A stretch of DNA of 64,000 nt, from positions 1 through 64,000 of the forward strand of contig CAVZSQ010000022.1 in NCBI GenBank assembly GCA_963777955.1, written 5' to 3'. Position 1 is the first letter of the stretch, and the number at the start of each line of letters is the position of its first letter. A model generated the notes under the pieces. The model was not told the origin of the DNA. It did not search any database and worked only from the letters and a program-made list of their open reading frames with translations. Below, piece after piece: positions 1 through 10,931 of this stretch. The stretch is from Calditrichia bacterium (GTDB lineage: Bacteria; Calditrichota; Calditrichia; JAJRVZ01). A program made the position numbers and the translations under genes.

Positions 1-502
1 CGAAGACGGCGGCCCGCAGCGACCCGCCCCGCGAGCCCCGGTGCCAGGACTCCACGCTGGCGATGCTGGCCTTGGCTCCGGAGGCGTTCAGCGCGTCGAA
101 GACATTGGCGTGGGACTTCTCCTGGCGGTCCATGCCGAGGGCCCTGGCGTCGGCCTGCAGCGCGTAGGCGCCGTCGGCCCCGCTCTCGATGGACCGGAGG
201 ATGGGCACCACGGTGGCCGCCCCGCCCCGCCTCGCGAGGGCCGCGAGGATCCGCGTCTTGAGGGTGACCCGGTGGGACGGCACGGGGCCGCCCGCGTCCT
301 CGAGCTTCTTCGCCCAGACCGCCGCGTGGGCCCGCTCGGCCTCGGCCAGCTCGCGGAAAATGGAGGCTTTCTCCTCGTCCTTCTCCGAAGCCGCGATGGC
401 CTCGTAGAGGAACGCCGCGTCCGACTCCTCCGCCAGGTTCCTGCGAAATCTCTTCAGGTCAGCCTTTGAAGTCGGCACCGGCTTCTCTTGGTGTTCCTTC
501 AC
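1..502 (-). CDS. Rubrerythrin/ferritin-like N-domain + VIT1/CCC1 iron/manganese transporter family protein (3' end runs off the window)
   Basis: Manual translation from GTG at 502: MKEHQEKPVPTSKADLKRFRRNLAEESDAAFLYEAIA...FRELAEAERAHAAVW...EKSHA...ESWHRGSRGGSLRAAVF. ExxH motifs precede the LRAAVF(G) start typical of VIT1 domains. Not in the ORF track. Confidence 0.8.
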   Translation of the reverse strand, partial: MKEHQEKPVPTSKADLKRFRRNLAEESDAAFLYEAIAASEKDEEKASIFRELAEAERAHAAVWAKKLEDAGGPVPSHRVTLKTRILAALARRGGAATVVPILRSIESGADGAYALQADARALGMDRQEKSHANVFDALNASGAKASIASVESWHRGSRGGSLRAAVF

Positions 503-540
503 CAGCTCTCCAGCTCCCAGCTCCCCAGCTCGATCTCAAA

Positions 541-627
541 TGGTGCCGGAGACCGGACTCGAACCGGTACGGCCTTTCGGCCGAGGGATTTTAAGTCCCT
601 TGCGTCTGCCAATTCCGCCACTCCGGC
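541..627 (-). tRNA. tRNA-Leu (anticodon TAA), CCA encoded
   Basis: Reverse complement GCCGGAGTGGCGGAATTGGCAGACGCAAGGGACTTAAAATCCCTCGGCCGAAAGGCCGTACCGGTTCGAGTCCGGTCTCCGGCACCA has an acceptor stem, D-loop GG, anticodon loop CTTAAAA, long variable arm and T-loop GTTCGA. Confidence 0.97.
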
Positions 628-823
628 ACGGCCTCAGTATATCGGCGGGCGCTGGCCTCGTCCACGCCGCACCGGCAACTCCCGGTCTTTTCGCCTGGAC
701 TAGGCAAGGCGTAGAATCCATTCGGGGCATCCACGCTAGGTGCCGGAGGCGGTGCTCGGGCGGTTTCCCTGGCCACGTGGCCAAGTCGGGCGCAATGCCT
801 CCAAAGGAGCGGGAGGGCAGTCC

Positions 824-1339
824 ATGCGCATCAGAGCGGCGACTGGTGTTTGTGCGCTGGGCGTTGGACTTTTCCTGCTCGCCGGCTGCATGCCCCCTAA
901 CCAGCAACCCAAAGAAGGCGGGCGGTCTTTCCAGCCTTACCTGGTCGCGATCTCTGTCGCGGACAGGGAGGCCTCGATCGGCTGGTACGTGGACAACCTG
1001 GGGTTTCGCCTGGAGGACAAACGCGATTTTCCGGAGTACAAGCTTCGGGTCGCCATGTTGGAGCGCCAGGGCTTCTTCCTCGAGCTCGTGGAACTGGCTG
1101 GATCGGTACCCCCGGACCACTGCGTCCACGGCATCGACAACCCGGCCCTGCTCCGCGGTTTCGGCAAGCTGTCCTTCGAGGTGGAGGATGCCGCCGCCCT
1201 GGCGAAGGAGCTGAAGGCCCGCGGAGTCCGCTTTCAACTGAAACCGGGTGAAGACCGCGAGCCCGGGAGCATCAGCTTCATCGTCCTCGACATCGACGGG
1301 AACTGGCTCCAGTTCAAGCAGCCTCCGAAGGGGGGCTGA
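824..1339 (+). CDS. VOC/glyoxalase family protein with a lipoprotein-type signal
   Basis: MRIRAATGVCALGVGLFLLAGC (lipobox); VAISVADREASIGWYVDNLGF...LELVE...LSFEVEDA...DIDGNWLQF is the VOC pattern. Confidence 0.8.
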   Translation: MRIRAATGVCALGVGLFLLAGCMPPNQQPKEGGRSFQPYLVAISVADREASIGWYVDNLGFRLEDKRDFPEYKLRVAMLERQGFFLELVELAGSVPPDHCVHGIDNPALLRGFGKLSFEVEDAAALAKELKARGVRFQLKPGEDREPGSISFIVLDIDGNWLQFKQPPKGG

Positions 1340-1379
1340 ACAGGAAGGGCCTCGGAACCCGCGCCTGGGGAGGGCCGCC

Positions 1380-2117
1380 ATGCAAGTGCGCAATGCCGTG
1401 ATCCTGTCGCTCTTCGCCAGCCTCGTCTGGGCCGCACCGGCGCGGGAGCCGCTTCGGTCCCAGATCCTCTTTCTGCGCGCCTTCCACGGCAGCGAGATCA
1501 CGGTGAAGTCGGGGGAGAGCTGGCTCGCCCTGATCCAGGACGAGTCGGGCAAATCAGAGCTGAAGCCGGTGAGTCTTCGGGTGGAGGCCGTCGCCGACGA
1601 GATCGCGGGGGACAAGGGCGGCCGGAAGACCGGCAAGCGAACCTCGCTGGACGGGGTGCAAGGGGAAGTCATCTTCTTGCTGAAGGACGCTCCCGGCGTG
1701 AAGCCGGGACCCGCAGAGACCTTGTTCATTCGCCAGGTCCTCGCCCCGAACAGGCCGGTGAAGCTGAGCCTTCCCTCCGGCGGCGCCTACGAGGTGGTGC
1801 TGTCCTGTTCAGCGCCGGTCACGAAAGACCCGGTGGAAAGAGGTGCCGGGAAGCTCATCCTCAGGCAGGGAACGGCCTCTCAGGTATTGGCGACCTATTC
1901 GGTGGCCTACGTCGGCGGCGAGTACGACAGCCTTGGCAGCGGCGCCCACGCGGAGATCCTCTGGGCCGGCGACATCAACGGCGACGGCAGGCTGGACCTC
2001 CTCCTCGACCTCACGACCGAGTACTACGTGTTCAAGGCCACGCTGTTCTTGTCGGTCGCGCCCGAACGAGGGGAACTCGTGAAGAGGACGGCCGTGCTGC
2101 AGACGGTGAGCTGCTGA
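1380..2117 (+). CDS. Secreted hypothetical protein with an FG-GAP-like Ca-binding motif
   Basis: Signal peptide MQVRNAVILSLFASLVWA; C-terminal WAGDINGDGRLDLLL. Confidence 0.6.
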   Translation: MQVRNAVILSLFASLVWAAPAREPLRSQILFLRAFHGSEITVKSGESWLALIQDESGKSELKPVSLRVEAVADEIAGDKGGRKTGKRTSLDGVQGEVIFLLKDAPGVKPGPAETLFIRQVLAPNRPVKLSLPSGGAYEVVLSCSAPVTKDPVERGAGKLILRQGTASQVLATYSVAYVGGEYDSLGSGAHAEILWAGDINGDGRLDLLLDLTTEYYVFKATLFLSVAPERGELVKRTAVLQTVSC

Positions 2118-2195
2118 GGGGAGCGGCGGACCGGCTCCTTCCAGCGGAGAAGCACGGGGTTGATCGCGGCCCCGCCTTTGCACCCTCACGGAAGT

Positions 2196-2408
2196 ATGCG
2201 ACTCGAGATGAACAAAGAGATGATCGGCACCGCTTGGATGGACGAGGACGGCACCATCCGGCTGCAGCTGCGGGCCACGGGAGACGGGGGGCTCCTGGGC
2301 GACGCCGAGTTCCTCTACCCCCCCGGCCATCCGCAGTACGAAAGCATTCTTCAGCACCTGGGCGGTCTTGAGGCCGGGCAAGAAAAACCGGTGCCGCCTT
2401 GGGAGTAA
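2196..2408 (+). CDS. Small hypothetical protein
   Basis: Intact ORF with coding-like composition (IGTAWMDEDGTIRLQLRA...YPPGHPQYESILQHLGGL...PVPPWE). Confidence 0.6.
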   Translation: MRLEMNKEMIGTAWMDEDGTIRLQLRATGDGGLLGDAEFLYPPGHPQYESILQHLGGLEAGQEKPVPPWE

Positions 2409-2510
2409 GGGATCGGCCTCAGAAGCAGCGGCTGCCCGAACGGGCCTCCCGATCATAGTGTCCGCCCTGGCCTTCGCCTGGCGGGTAATGAGGCTCCCTG
2501 TGGTCAACCG

Positions 2511-5500
2511 CTATGGCGCGCAGGTGCTCTGCGAGGCCGGGATCGGGGCCCCGCTGCTGGCGTAGCCGCTGACGCCCTCCACGCCGTTGCCGACGGCGGT
2601 GACCAGGTAGTACCGGCCGGCGTCCGAGGGAAGGATCGCCGCACGCATCTCCCCCGTGCCCAGGTCCGTCACGGTGGCGTTGCACATGAAGCCTGAGCCG
2701 GGGGTGCTCCCGTGGCTGTAGTAGGACCCGATGGTCCCCTCGTAGACGTTGTACCCCGAGGCCGACGGGATCTTCTCGAAATACAGGTAGTAGGAGCTAC
2801 CGCTCTTGACGAGCCGGGCGGGCAGCGGGCTTGCCTGCGGCGAGACTTCCGTCGTGTCGCAGAACGAGATCGTCACCGCAAGTTCCTCGGAGGTGAACGT
2901 GCAGCCAGTCCAATAGGTATAGCTCACGGTGTAGGAACCGGAAATCGGGACGGTGTAGGAGTCGGAGGTGGCGCCCGCGATGGTGTTCGTGTTCAGGTAC
3001 CACTGGTAGTCGCTCTGGCCGGTGTCGGTGGTGAGCGTGACGGTCTCGCCGGGGCAGGTGTTGGCCGTGGGGCCGGAAATGGAGGCCATGAGAAGGGGCC
3101 AAACCGTGAGCCAGGCGGCGTTCGATGTGGCGGGCGGCGGGCAGGCGCCGGTGACCACGCAGCGGTACTGGTAGTTGTCCATCCAAGAGCCGGCTGCGGT
3201 GATCGTCAACGTCGAGGTGGACACGCCGGAGTACACGCCTCCGTTGGACAGGTCGGCGAAGCCGCCGCCCGCGCTCTCCTGCCACTGGTAGCTGCTGATG
3301 CCGCCCGAAGCGGTCACCGAGAAGGTCGTATTCTGGCCTTCGCAGAGGGTCCGATTCGACGGGTGCGTGGTGATGCTCGGCGGCCCCGGAGAAACAAAGA
3401 GCCATGCGTGATTGGAGGTGACAGAGGTCCCGCAGGAGCCGGTTACGACGCACCGGTACCAGCAGTCGTCGATCATCCCGTCCACCCCGGTGAGGCTCAG
3501 CGTGGCGGTGCTCGAACCGCTGTAGATCCCCCCGTCTGAGAGGTTCTCAAAGTCACCGCCATGGTCCCAGTCGCAGTTTACCTGCCACTGGTACGTGAGG
3601 CCGGCGCCCGTGGCTGCGATGCTGAACGTGGCGTTGCCTCCCGTGCAGACGGCTTGATCCGCGGGGTGGGACGTGATCGACGCGGGCAGGGCCCATCGGG
3701 CGATGCGTGAGGAGACGATCCACCCGGCGGTCCCGAAGTCCCCGCCCGCGTGGAGGTAGCTCCCGCTCGGCGCCAAAGTGCGGACGGTGCCGTCCGTGCC
3801 TGACCCGAGAGAGCTCCAGGTCGAGCCGTCCCACGTGGCGATGCGGTTGGCCGCCGCGCCACCTGCCGTCGTGAAGCCGCCGGCCGCGTACAGAGGCTGC
3901 TGTTCGGGCCGTCCCAGGTCAGAGAGTAGACGGTACTGCCCGCCCCCGTTCCCAGAGCGCTCCAGGCGGACCCGTCCCACTTGGCGATGCGGTTGACCGT
4001 CGCACTTCCGGCTGTCGTGAAATCTCCCCCCGCGTAGAGGCTGGCCCCGTCCCACGCCAGGGCGTGGACATAAGGAGCAGAGCCTCCACCCATGCCGCCG
4101 TCCAGCCCGCTCCAGGCCGAGCCGTCCCACTTCGCGATGTAGTTGACCGTCGCGCTCCCCGCGGTTGTGAACCAGCCCCCCGCATAAAGGCTGCCGCCAC
4201 CCCAAAGCAAGGCGCGGACATAAGGATTTGAGCCTCCGCTCACCCCAGAGCCCAGGGCGCTCCAGGCCGAGCCGTCCCACTTGGCGATTCTGTTGGCCGG
4301 TGAGCCGCCCGCGGTCGTGAAGGCGCCCCCTGCGTACAGGGTGCCTCCGTCCAATGCCAAGGCGTACACCGTGCCGTTCATCCCCGATCCTAGGGCGCTC
4401 CACGCGGCCCCGTCCCACTTGGCAATTCCGTTGGCCGACACGCCTCCCGCGCCCCCGAACGAGCCGCCCGCATAGAGGTTCCGCGCCGCCCCAGGCCAGG
4501 CTCCAAACGGTGCTGCTTGTCCCCGTACCCAGGGCGCTCCAGGAGGTCCCGTCCCACTTGGCGACGTAGCTGGCGACCACTCCTCCCGCCGACGTGAAAG
4601 CTCCTCCCGCGTACAGGTTGGATCCGTCCCACGCCAGGGCGTAGACGGAGTCTCCGATCCCATCACCGGGCGAAGGCAAAGGGGACCAGGCCGATCCGTT
4701 CCGCTGCGCGACGTAGTGGGCCGTGTCGCCACCCGCCGCGGTGAAGCTGCCGCCCGCGTAAAGGCTGCTGCCAGCACCAGGCCAGGGCATCTACCTGGCT
4801 GTGGGCCCCTGGGCCCAGGGCACTCCAGGCGGACCCTGCCCCACCTGGCGACGCGGCTGGCGGCGACGCCGCCGGCGTCCGTGAAGCTGCCTCCTGCATA
4901 GAGGTTGCCCCCGCCCCAGGACAAGGCGCGGACGGTGCTGTCCATCCCCGATCCCAGGGCGCTCCAGGCGGCCCCGTCCCACTTGGCTACGCGATTGACC
5001 GTCGTGATCAGATCATGAGTCACCGTGAAATCGCCACCGGCGTAGAGGTTGGAGCCGTCCCAGGTCAGGGCGTAGACGGCGTCGTTCAGTCCGGGTCCCA
5101 GGGCGCCCCAGGCGGAGCCGTTCCACATCGCGACGTAGTAGACCCCCACCCCCCCCGCCGCCAGGAACTCTCCCCCCGCGTAAAGGTTGGTCCCGTCCCA
5201 CGCCAGGGCGTAGACAGTGGCGGTCGTCCCCGACCCCATTGCGCTCCAGGCCGACCCGTCCCATCTGGCGACGTAGTAAGCCGGTGAGGAGCCTGCCACC
5301 GTGAAGCCGCCCCCCGCGTATAGCTTGTTGCCAATCCCATCCCAGGCCAGGGCGTAGACGGCGTCGTTCATCCCCATGCCCAGGGCGCTCCAGGCTGACC
5401 CGTCCCACCTGGCGATGCGGTTCACCGACACTCCTCCCGCCGTTGTGAACGCGCCGCCCGCATAGAGGGCGCCGCCGCCCCACGCCAGAGAGTGCACGGC

Positions 5501-7084
5501 GCCGTCCGTGCCCGAACCCAGAGGGCTCCAGGCCGCTGCTATCGGGTCCCACTTGGCGATGTGGTTAGCGGCGACGCCGTACGCCGCCGTAAAATCCCCC
5601 CCCGCGTAAAGGTTGGATCCGTCCCATGCGAGGGCTCGGACGAGGCCGTTCACCCCGTCGCCGGACGAAGACAGGGCACTCCAAGCGGAGGAATACCACC
5701 GGGCGACGCGGCTGGCGGCGATTCCCCCCGCCGTCGTGAAATCGCCCCCTGCGTACAGGCCGCTGCCGTCCCACGCCAAAGCGAGCACATATCTGTTCGT
5801 GCCGCTTGCAAGGACGCTCCAGGCCGACCCGCTCCATTGGGCCACGTAGGATGCCGGCAAACCTCCCGCCATCCAGAAATACCCCCCCGCGTAGAGGGTG
5901 CTGCTTGGGCCGTCCCACGCCAGGGCAGACACCGTGCCGCTCGTCCCCGAACCCAGCGCACCCCAGCTCGATGTAAACGGGTCCCATCGGCCGATGTAAC
6001 TGGCCGATACGCCCCCGGCCGTCGTGAAGATGCCCCCCGCGTAGAGGGCACCCCCGCCCCATGCGAGGGCATAGACGCTGCCGTTCATCCCAGATCCCAG
6101 GGCGTTCCAGGAAGTCCCGTTCCATTGCGCGACATAGCCGGCCGGGTTGCCTCCCGCCGTCGTGAAGTTACCACCCGCGTAGAGGTTGGCCCCGTCCCAC
6201 GATAGGGCATAGACGGTGTCGTTCACCCCGGATCCCAGGGGGCCCCAAACTGTCCCATACCAAATGGCGATACGGCTGGCACCACTAGACCCTGCCAGCG
6301 TGAAGCTACCCGCAGCGTAGAGCTTGCTGCCCGTCGAGTCCCACGCCAGGGCAAAGACGGTGCTGTTCGTCCCCGACCCCAACGAACTCCAGGCCGACCC
6401 GTCCCATTTGGCGACACGGAGGGCCGGCACGCCCCCCGCCGTCGTGAAACTCCCCCCCGCGTATAGCGCGCCGCCGCCCCACGCTAGGGCGTACACCGTG
6501 TTGTTCACCCCCGCTCCCAGGGTGCTCCAGGTCGATGTGGTGGGGTCCCACTTGGCGACGTAGTTGGCCGTGACGCTCCCCGCAGACGTGAAGGCGCCCC
6601 CCGCGTAGAGACTGGCGCCGTCCCATGCCAAGGCGTACACAGCGCCGCTGGTCCCTCGCGGCCTGAAACGCGTGGCCCAGCAGTCGTCCCCCTCGGCTTC
6701 GGGCGCGGGGCCCGCCTCGAACCGCGGCTCTTCGCCGGGTCTGCTCACGAGCTGGAACCCGGCTGGGTCGATGCTCCCTTTGATCCCCTCCGGGGGAAGG
6801 TCCAGAGTGCCGTCGGGCCGCAGGAACTGCGAGAGGGGTACGCCGCGCGTCCTGCCCGGCTCACCACTGGCGGCCGTGCAGCCCAGGGCCGAAGGGCTCT
6901 CGACGGGTTCGTTCAGTCCGCCGCTTGGGAGCGCAGGAGCCTCTTGGGTCTTGGCCGGTCCCTCGGGGGGGTGTTGCTGCGCCACCGGCGAGAAGGGGGA
7001 TAAGCCCCCAAGCCAGAAAGACGCAACAAGGGTGGCAATCCCGCAGACGAAACACATGTCGCCAGCTCGCTCTAGCGCCCGCAT
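2511..7084 (-). CDS. Large secreted protein: 21 beta-propeller blades, Ig-like domains and a C-terminal domain (several indel frameshifts)
   Basis: N-terminal hydrophobic leader; ~46-aa repeats (VYALAWDGxxLYAGGxFTTAGGxxAxxVAKWDGSAWSALGSG) spread over ORFs 3578..7084 and 2511..4790; Ig motifs ITSHP...ATFS...YQWQ...YRCVVT. Confidence 0.8.
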
Positions 7085-7224
7085 GGATCCCTCCTCTCAA
7101 TTTGTGGCCATTTTACTCCCTGGAACAAGCGGCTGCAAAGGCCCGAGACAGGGTCACGAAGGCGGGGTTTGCCCGCGCCCGGTGGTAGGTCCTGCGAGTT
7201 TTGCCGTTTCTACAGCTGCGGCAC

Positions 7225-8419
7225 TCAGGGTCGGTTCAAGAGGGACATGATGTCGGCGGGCGACCGCCGCTGGCGCAGGAGGTCCGCCATGATGCGCATG
7301 GGGCGGTCGATGTGGGTGAAGAAGGCCTTGTAGCCCTCGCACAGGTAGTTGAGGCCCGGCTCGCCGTCGGGCGTGGTGAGGATGCGGTCCTTCGGGCAGC
7401 CGCCGTTGCAGACGAAGCGCACGGCGCACTCGCGGCAGAAGCGCGGCAGCGTGTCGCGCTTGTCCAGGCCGAAGCGGCGCTGCTGCGGCGAGGCGACCAG
7501 CTCGGCCAGCGGCGTCTCGCGTGATGTTGCCGAGCCTGTGCGCGGGCTCGACGAAGTGGTCGCAGGCGTACAGGTCGCCGTTGTGCTCCAGCGCGAGGGC
7601 GTCGCCGCAGGTCTCGGCGAAGACGCACAGCGTCGGAGGGCTGCCCGAACCAGACCGCCCAGCGCCACGTCGAAGATCTGCACGAACACGCGGCCCACGT
7701 CGCGGCGCACCCACTCGTCGAAGACGGCGATCAGGAACTCGCCGTACTGCCGGCCCGGTGACCGAGCGGTCGCGTCACCGCGTCGCCCTCCCGGAGTCCT
7801 GGCTCGTCGGCTCGACGACCGGGATGAACTGGATCATCGGCGCGCCGACCTCGTCGCGCAGGAAGCGGTAGACCTCCAGGCCGCGGCCGGCGTTCGCGGC
7901 GTGGACGCAGGCGAGGATGTTGAACTCCACCCGGTGCTTCTGCAGCAGCGCGACGCCGGCCATCACGCGGTCGAAGGTGCGGCGCGCCGCCCTTGTCGCG
8001 CGCGGTAGGCGTCGTGGCACGTGGCGCGGGCCGTCGAGGCTGACGCCGACCAGGAAGTCGTTCTCCGCGGAAGAACCGGCACCACTCGTCGTCCAGCAGC
8101 GTGCCGTTGGTCTGGAGCGCGTTGTGGATCCGCATGCCCGGCTTGCGGTACTTCGTGCTGCAGCTCGACGGCCCGCCGGAAGAAGTCGAGCCCCATCAGC
8201 GTCGGCTCGCCGCCCTGCCAGGTGAAGGTCACCTCGGGCGCGCGATGCGCCTCGATGTGCTGGCGGACGAACGTCTCGAGCAGCTCGTCGGTCATGCGGA
8301 AGCCGCTGCCGGGGTAGAGCTCCTCCTTGGGGAGGTAGAAGCAGTAGGCGCAGTCCAGGTTGCAGACCGCGCCGCGCGGCTTCGCCATGACGTGGAAGGC
8401 GGGCGGCGCCGCGGCGCAT
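7225..8419 (-). CDS. Anaerobic sulfatase-maturating enzyme (radical SAM/SPASM), copy A, frameshifted
   Basis: AKPRGAVCNLDCAYCFYL (CxxxCxxC), FTWQGGEPTL, VGVSLDGP, LYACDHFV and the SPASM motif CRECAVRFVCNGGCPKDR...YLCEGY. Confidence 0.9.
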
Positions 8420-10213
8420 CAGCGCCCGGGCGTGCGCGGGCCACCGCGCGTCTGCCGCGGGCTGTCCATCCGTGGCCTGTCACGCTGACGGGTGGTGCCG
8501 GTCTCGGCCATCTTCGGCTCGAGCTTCGCCACCATCTCGGCCGTCTTCGCGGCGTCGTAGTACGGGGGTTGTCCGGGGTTGGCCATGTTGTGTACTCGAG
8601 CGGGTCGTTCTCCAGGTCGTAGAGCTCGTAACTGCGACGGCTTGCTCGGGCCGTCGGGGTCGAAGTACATCGACGATCTTCCACCGCGCCTCGCGCAGGC
8701 AGCGGATGTGCGCGGGCTGGCCGACGATCGGGGTCCTCGCGCGAGCCGATCGTCTCGTCGGTGGTGAAGTAGGATGGAGTCCTGCACGGTCTCGGTGGGG
8801 TGCGCCGGGTTGTCGGCGGCGTCCCGGATGATCGGCGTGAGGTCGCGCCCCATGAAGTTCGTACGAGCCTCTCCGGCGGCACGCCGGCGAGGGTCGCGAG
8901 CGTCGGCATCACGTCGATCAGCGAGGCGAGCGCGTCGGTCTCGACGGGGCTCGGGAAGAGCATCGGGTTCGAGACCACCAGCGGCACGTGGATCGTCTCC
9001 TCGTAGGCGTTGTAGGCCTTCTGCCGCATGCCGCCGTGCGAGAGCCCCATCTCGCCGTGGTCGGCGAGGGCGAAGCACGAGCGTGTTCGTCGCACAGACC
9101 GGGGTTGCCCTCGAGCGCGTCGAGGACGTGCCGATGTGCCGGTCGGACTCGTTGTGCAGGTAGGCGTAGAAGTTGACGTACTTGAGTCGGGTCCGTCGAC
9201 GTCCTCGCAGGGGTCCGAGAGCCTGCGGCAGCGACCAGAAGACGGTGGACTCGGCCTGCGCCTGGGGCTTGTAGTTGCCGAGCTTCGGCTCGTCGAACGT
9301 CGGCGGCAGCTCGATGCCCAGCTCGAAGCAGCCGGGCTCGTCCTCGCGCGTAGTTGTCGCGTCCCCTCGTAGGGAGGGATGTCGCTGTAGCTGGGCTGGT
9401 TCCGTGTACTTCGGGTAGCCCATGATGTCGTGCGGGTTGACGAGGCAGACGAAGAGCGCGAACGGCGCTTGGCGCGTGGGGTCCACGTGCGCGCAGGAAC
9501 TCCGCCGCCTGGTCGGCGTACAGGCCGTCGTTGTCGACGTCGCCGCCGCCGAAGTACGGCGGGGTAGTGCTCCGCGGCGTCGGGCGGCAGCCACCCCTGG
9601 AACCCGTACTGCTCGAGGTCGCGCGCGGCTCTGCACCGCCACGGTGCCGCTCGGGTCCTTGCTCATGTGCCACTTGCCGCGGTACTGCACGTCGTAGCCG
9701 GCGTCCGGCAGCATCCTGCGCCATGTTCTGGGTGTCGGGCTGGAGCGTCGGCTGCGTCAGGTGGTACTGGCTGCCGTCGACGTCGGGGCCGCCGTACCTG
9801 CAGGACCTCGGTGACGCCGTGCTGGGCCGGGTAGAGGCCGGTGAACAGCGTCGCCCGGCTGGGCGAGCACATCGCGGCGTTGCAGAAGTGCGCGCGTGAA
9901 GGTCAGCCCGTGCTCGGCGAGCCGCGCCCGGTTCGGGCAGGTGCTCCTCGGCCCACCCGTCGGGCCAGTGCTGCGGGTAGCGCTCCTGGTCGGTGACGAG
10001 GAAGAGGAGGTTCGGGCGGTTCCAAGGCCGGGCGGCGGCTTCGGGCGATTCGGGCCGCTCGTCTTCTCCCGCTTCGCTGCCCGATGCCGCGGCACCGCCG
10101 AGGGAGGTCAACGCCACACCCGCAGCCAGCGCCGCCCCGCCCTTCTTGAGGAACTTCCGCCGGCCGAGATCCGCGTCTGGAGGCTTTGGCTAGCCGGACG
10201 ACTCGTCAGTCAT
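8419..10213 (-). CDS. Tat-exported Cys-type sulfatase, copy A (frameshifts; in-frame TAG at codon 8)
   Basis: RBS + ATG at 10213; GRRKFLKKGG Tat motif; PNLLFLVTDQER; MCSPSRATLFTG (CxPxR); [29 protein letters not shown] overlap with the maturase. Confidence 0.85.
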
Positions 10214-10416
10214 GGTTCGCTCCTGGGGTATGTGGCGGGCTCCTGCCAAACTGCCGGATGAGGTCTGTCCGCTTCCTCGATCCCCCCGATCGCGCCCGCC
10301 TCCGCCTGATTCTACCTCCGACTCCAGGCAGGGGAATGCGCAGGATTCCCTTCGTCCCGCCCTCGGGCTTCTTCACCGGCCCCCCAGCTCACGAAGCCGA
10401 AGGCAACCACGGTCTT

Positions 10417-10931
10417 TCACGCCAAAAGTGTTGAGGCGGGCCGTGCGGCAGGAATGATGGAGGCGCCGACCGGCATTGGACCGGTGATGAGGGCTTTGCA
10501 GGCCCCTCCCATGTCCCGGCGGTAGGCGTCGTGGACTTCGCGCGGGCCATCGAGGCTGACTCCGACCAGAAAGCCGCTCTCCCGAAAGAACCGGCACCAC
10601 TCGTCGTCCAACAGCGTCGCGTTGGTCTGGAGCGCGTTGTGGATCTGCGTGCTCGGCTTTCGGAAACGATTCTGCAACTCTACGGCGCGCTTAAAGAAGT
10701 CGAGGCCCATGAGCGTCGGCTCTCCGCCTTGCCAGGTGAAAGTCATCTCGGAGGCCTGTGCGCCTCGACGTGCTGGCGGACGAACCACTCGAGCACCGCG
10801 TCCGTCATGCGCGAAGCGCCGCCGGGGTAGAGCGGCTCCTTGGGGAGGTAGAAGCAGTAGGCGCAGTCCAGGTTGCAGACCGCGCCGCGAGGTTTCGCCA
10901 TCACGTGGAAGGCGGGCGGTGCGTCGGCCAT
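10417..10931 (-). pseudogene. Truncated second copy (B) of the anaerobic sulfatase maturase; N-terminal ~140 aa only
   Basis: [32 protein letters not shown]...WQGGEPTL...GVSLDGPREVHDAYRR. Similarity to copy A then ends at ~10505 and no SPASM domain follows. Confidence 0.75.

Noticed and set aside
502..531. Four CAGCTC repeats between the tRNA and the VIT1 gene
   Set aside because: The tract is too short and low-complexity to assign a function, and it overlaps the likely RBS region.
541..627. tRNA as an integration site for a genomic island
   Set aside because: No integrase or duplicated tRNA 3' end was seen in the window.
3680..6660. CRISPR array or non-coding tandem repeat
   Set aside because: The ~140-bp periodic repeats are protein-coding blades with synonymous variation and no unique spacers.
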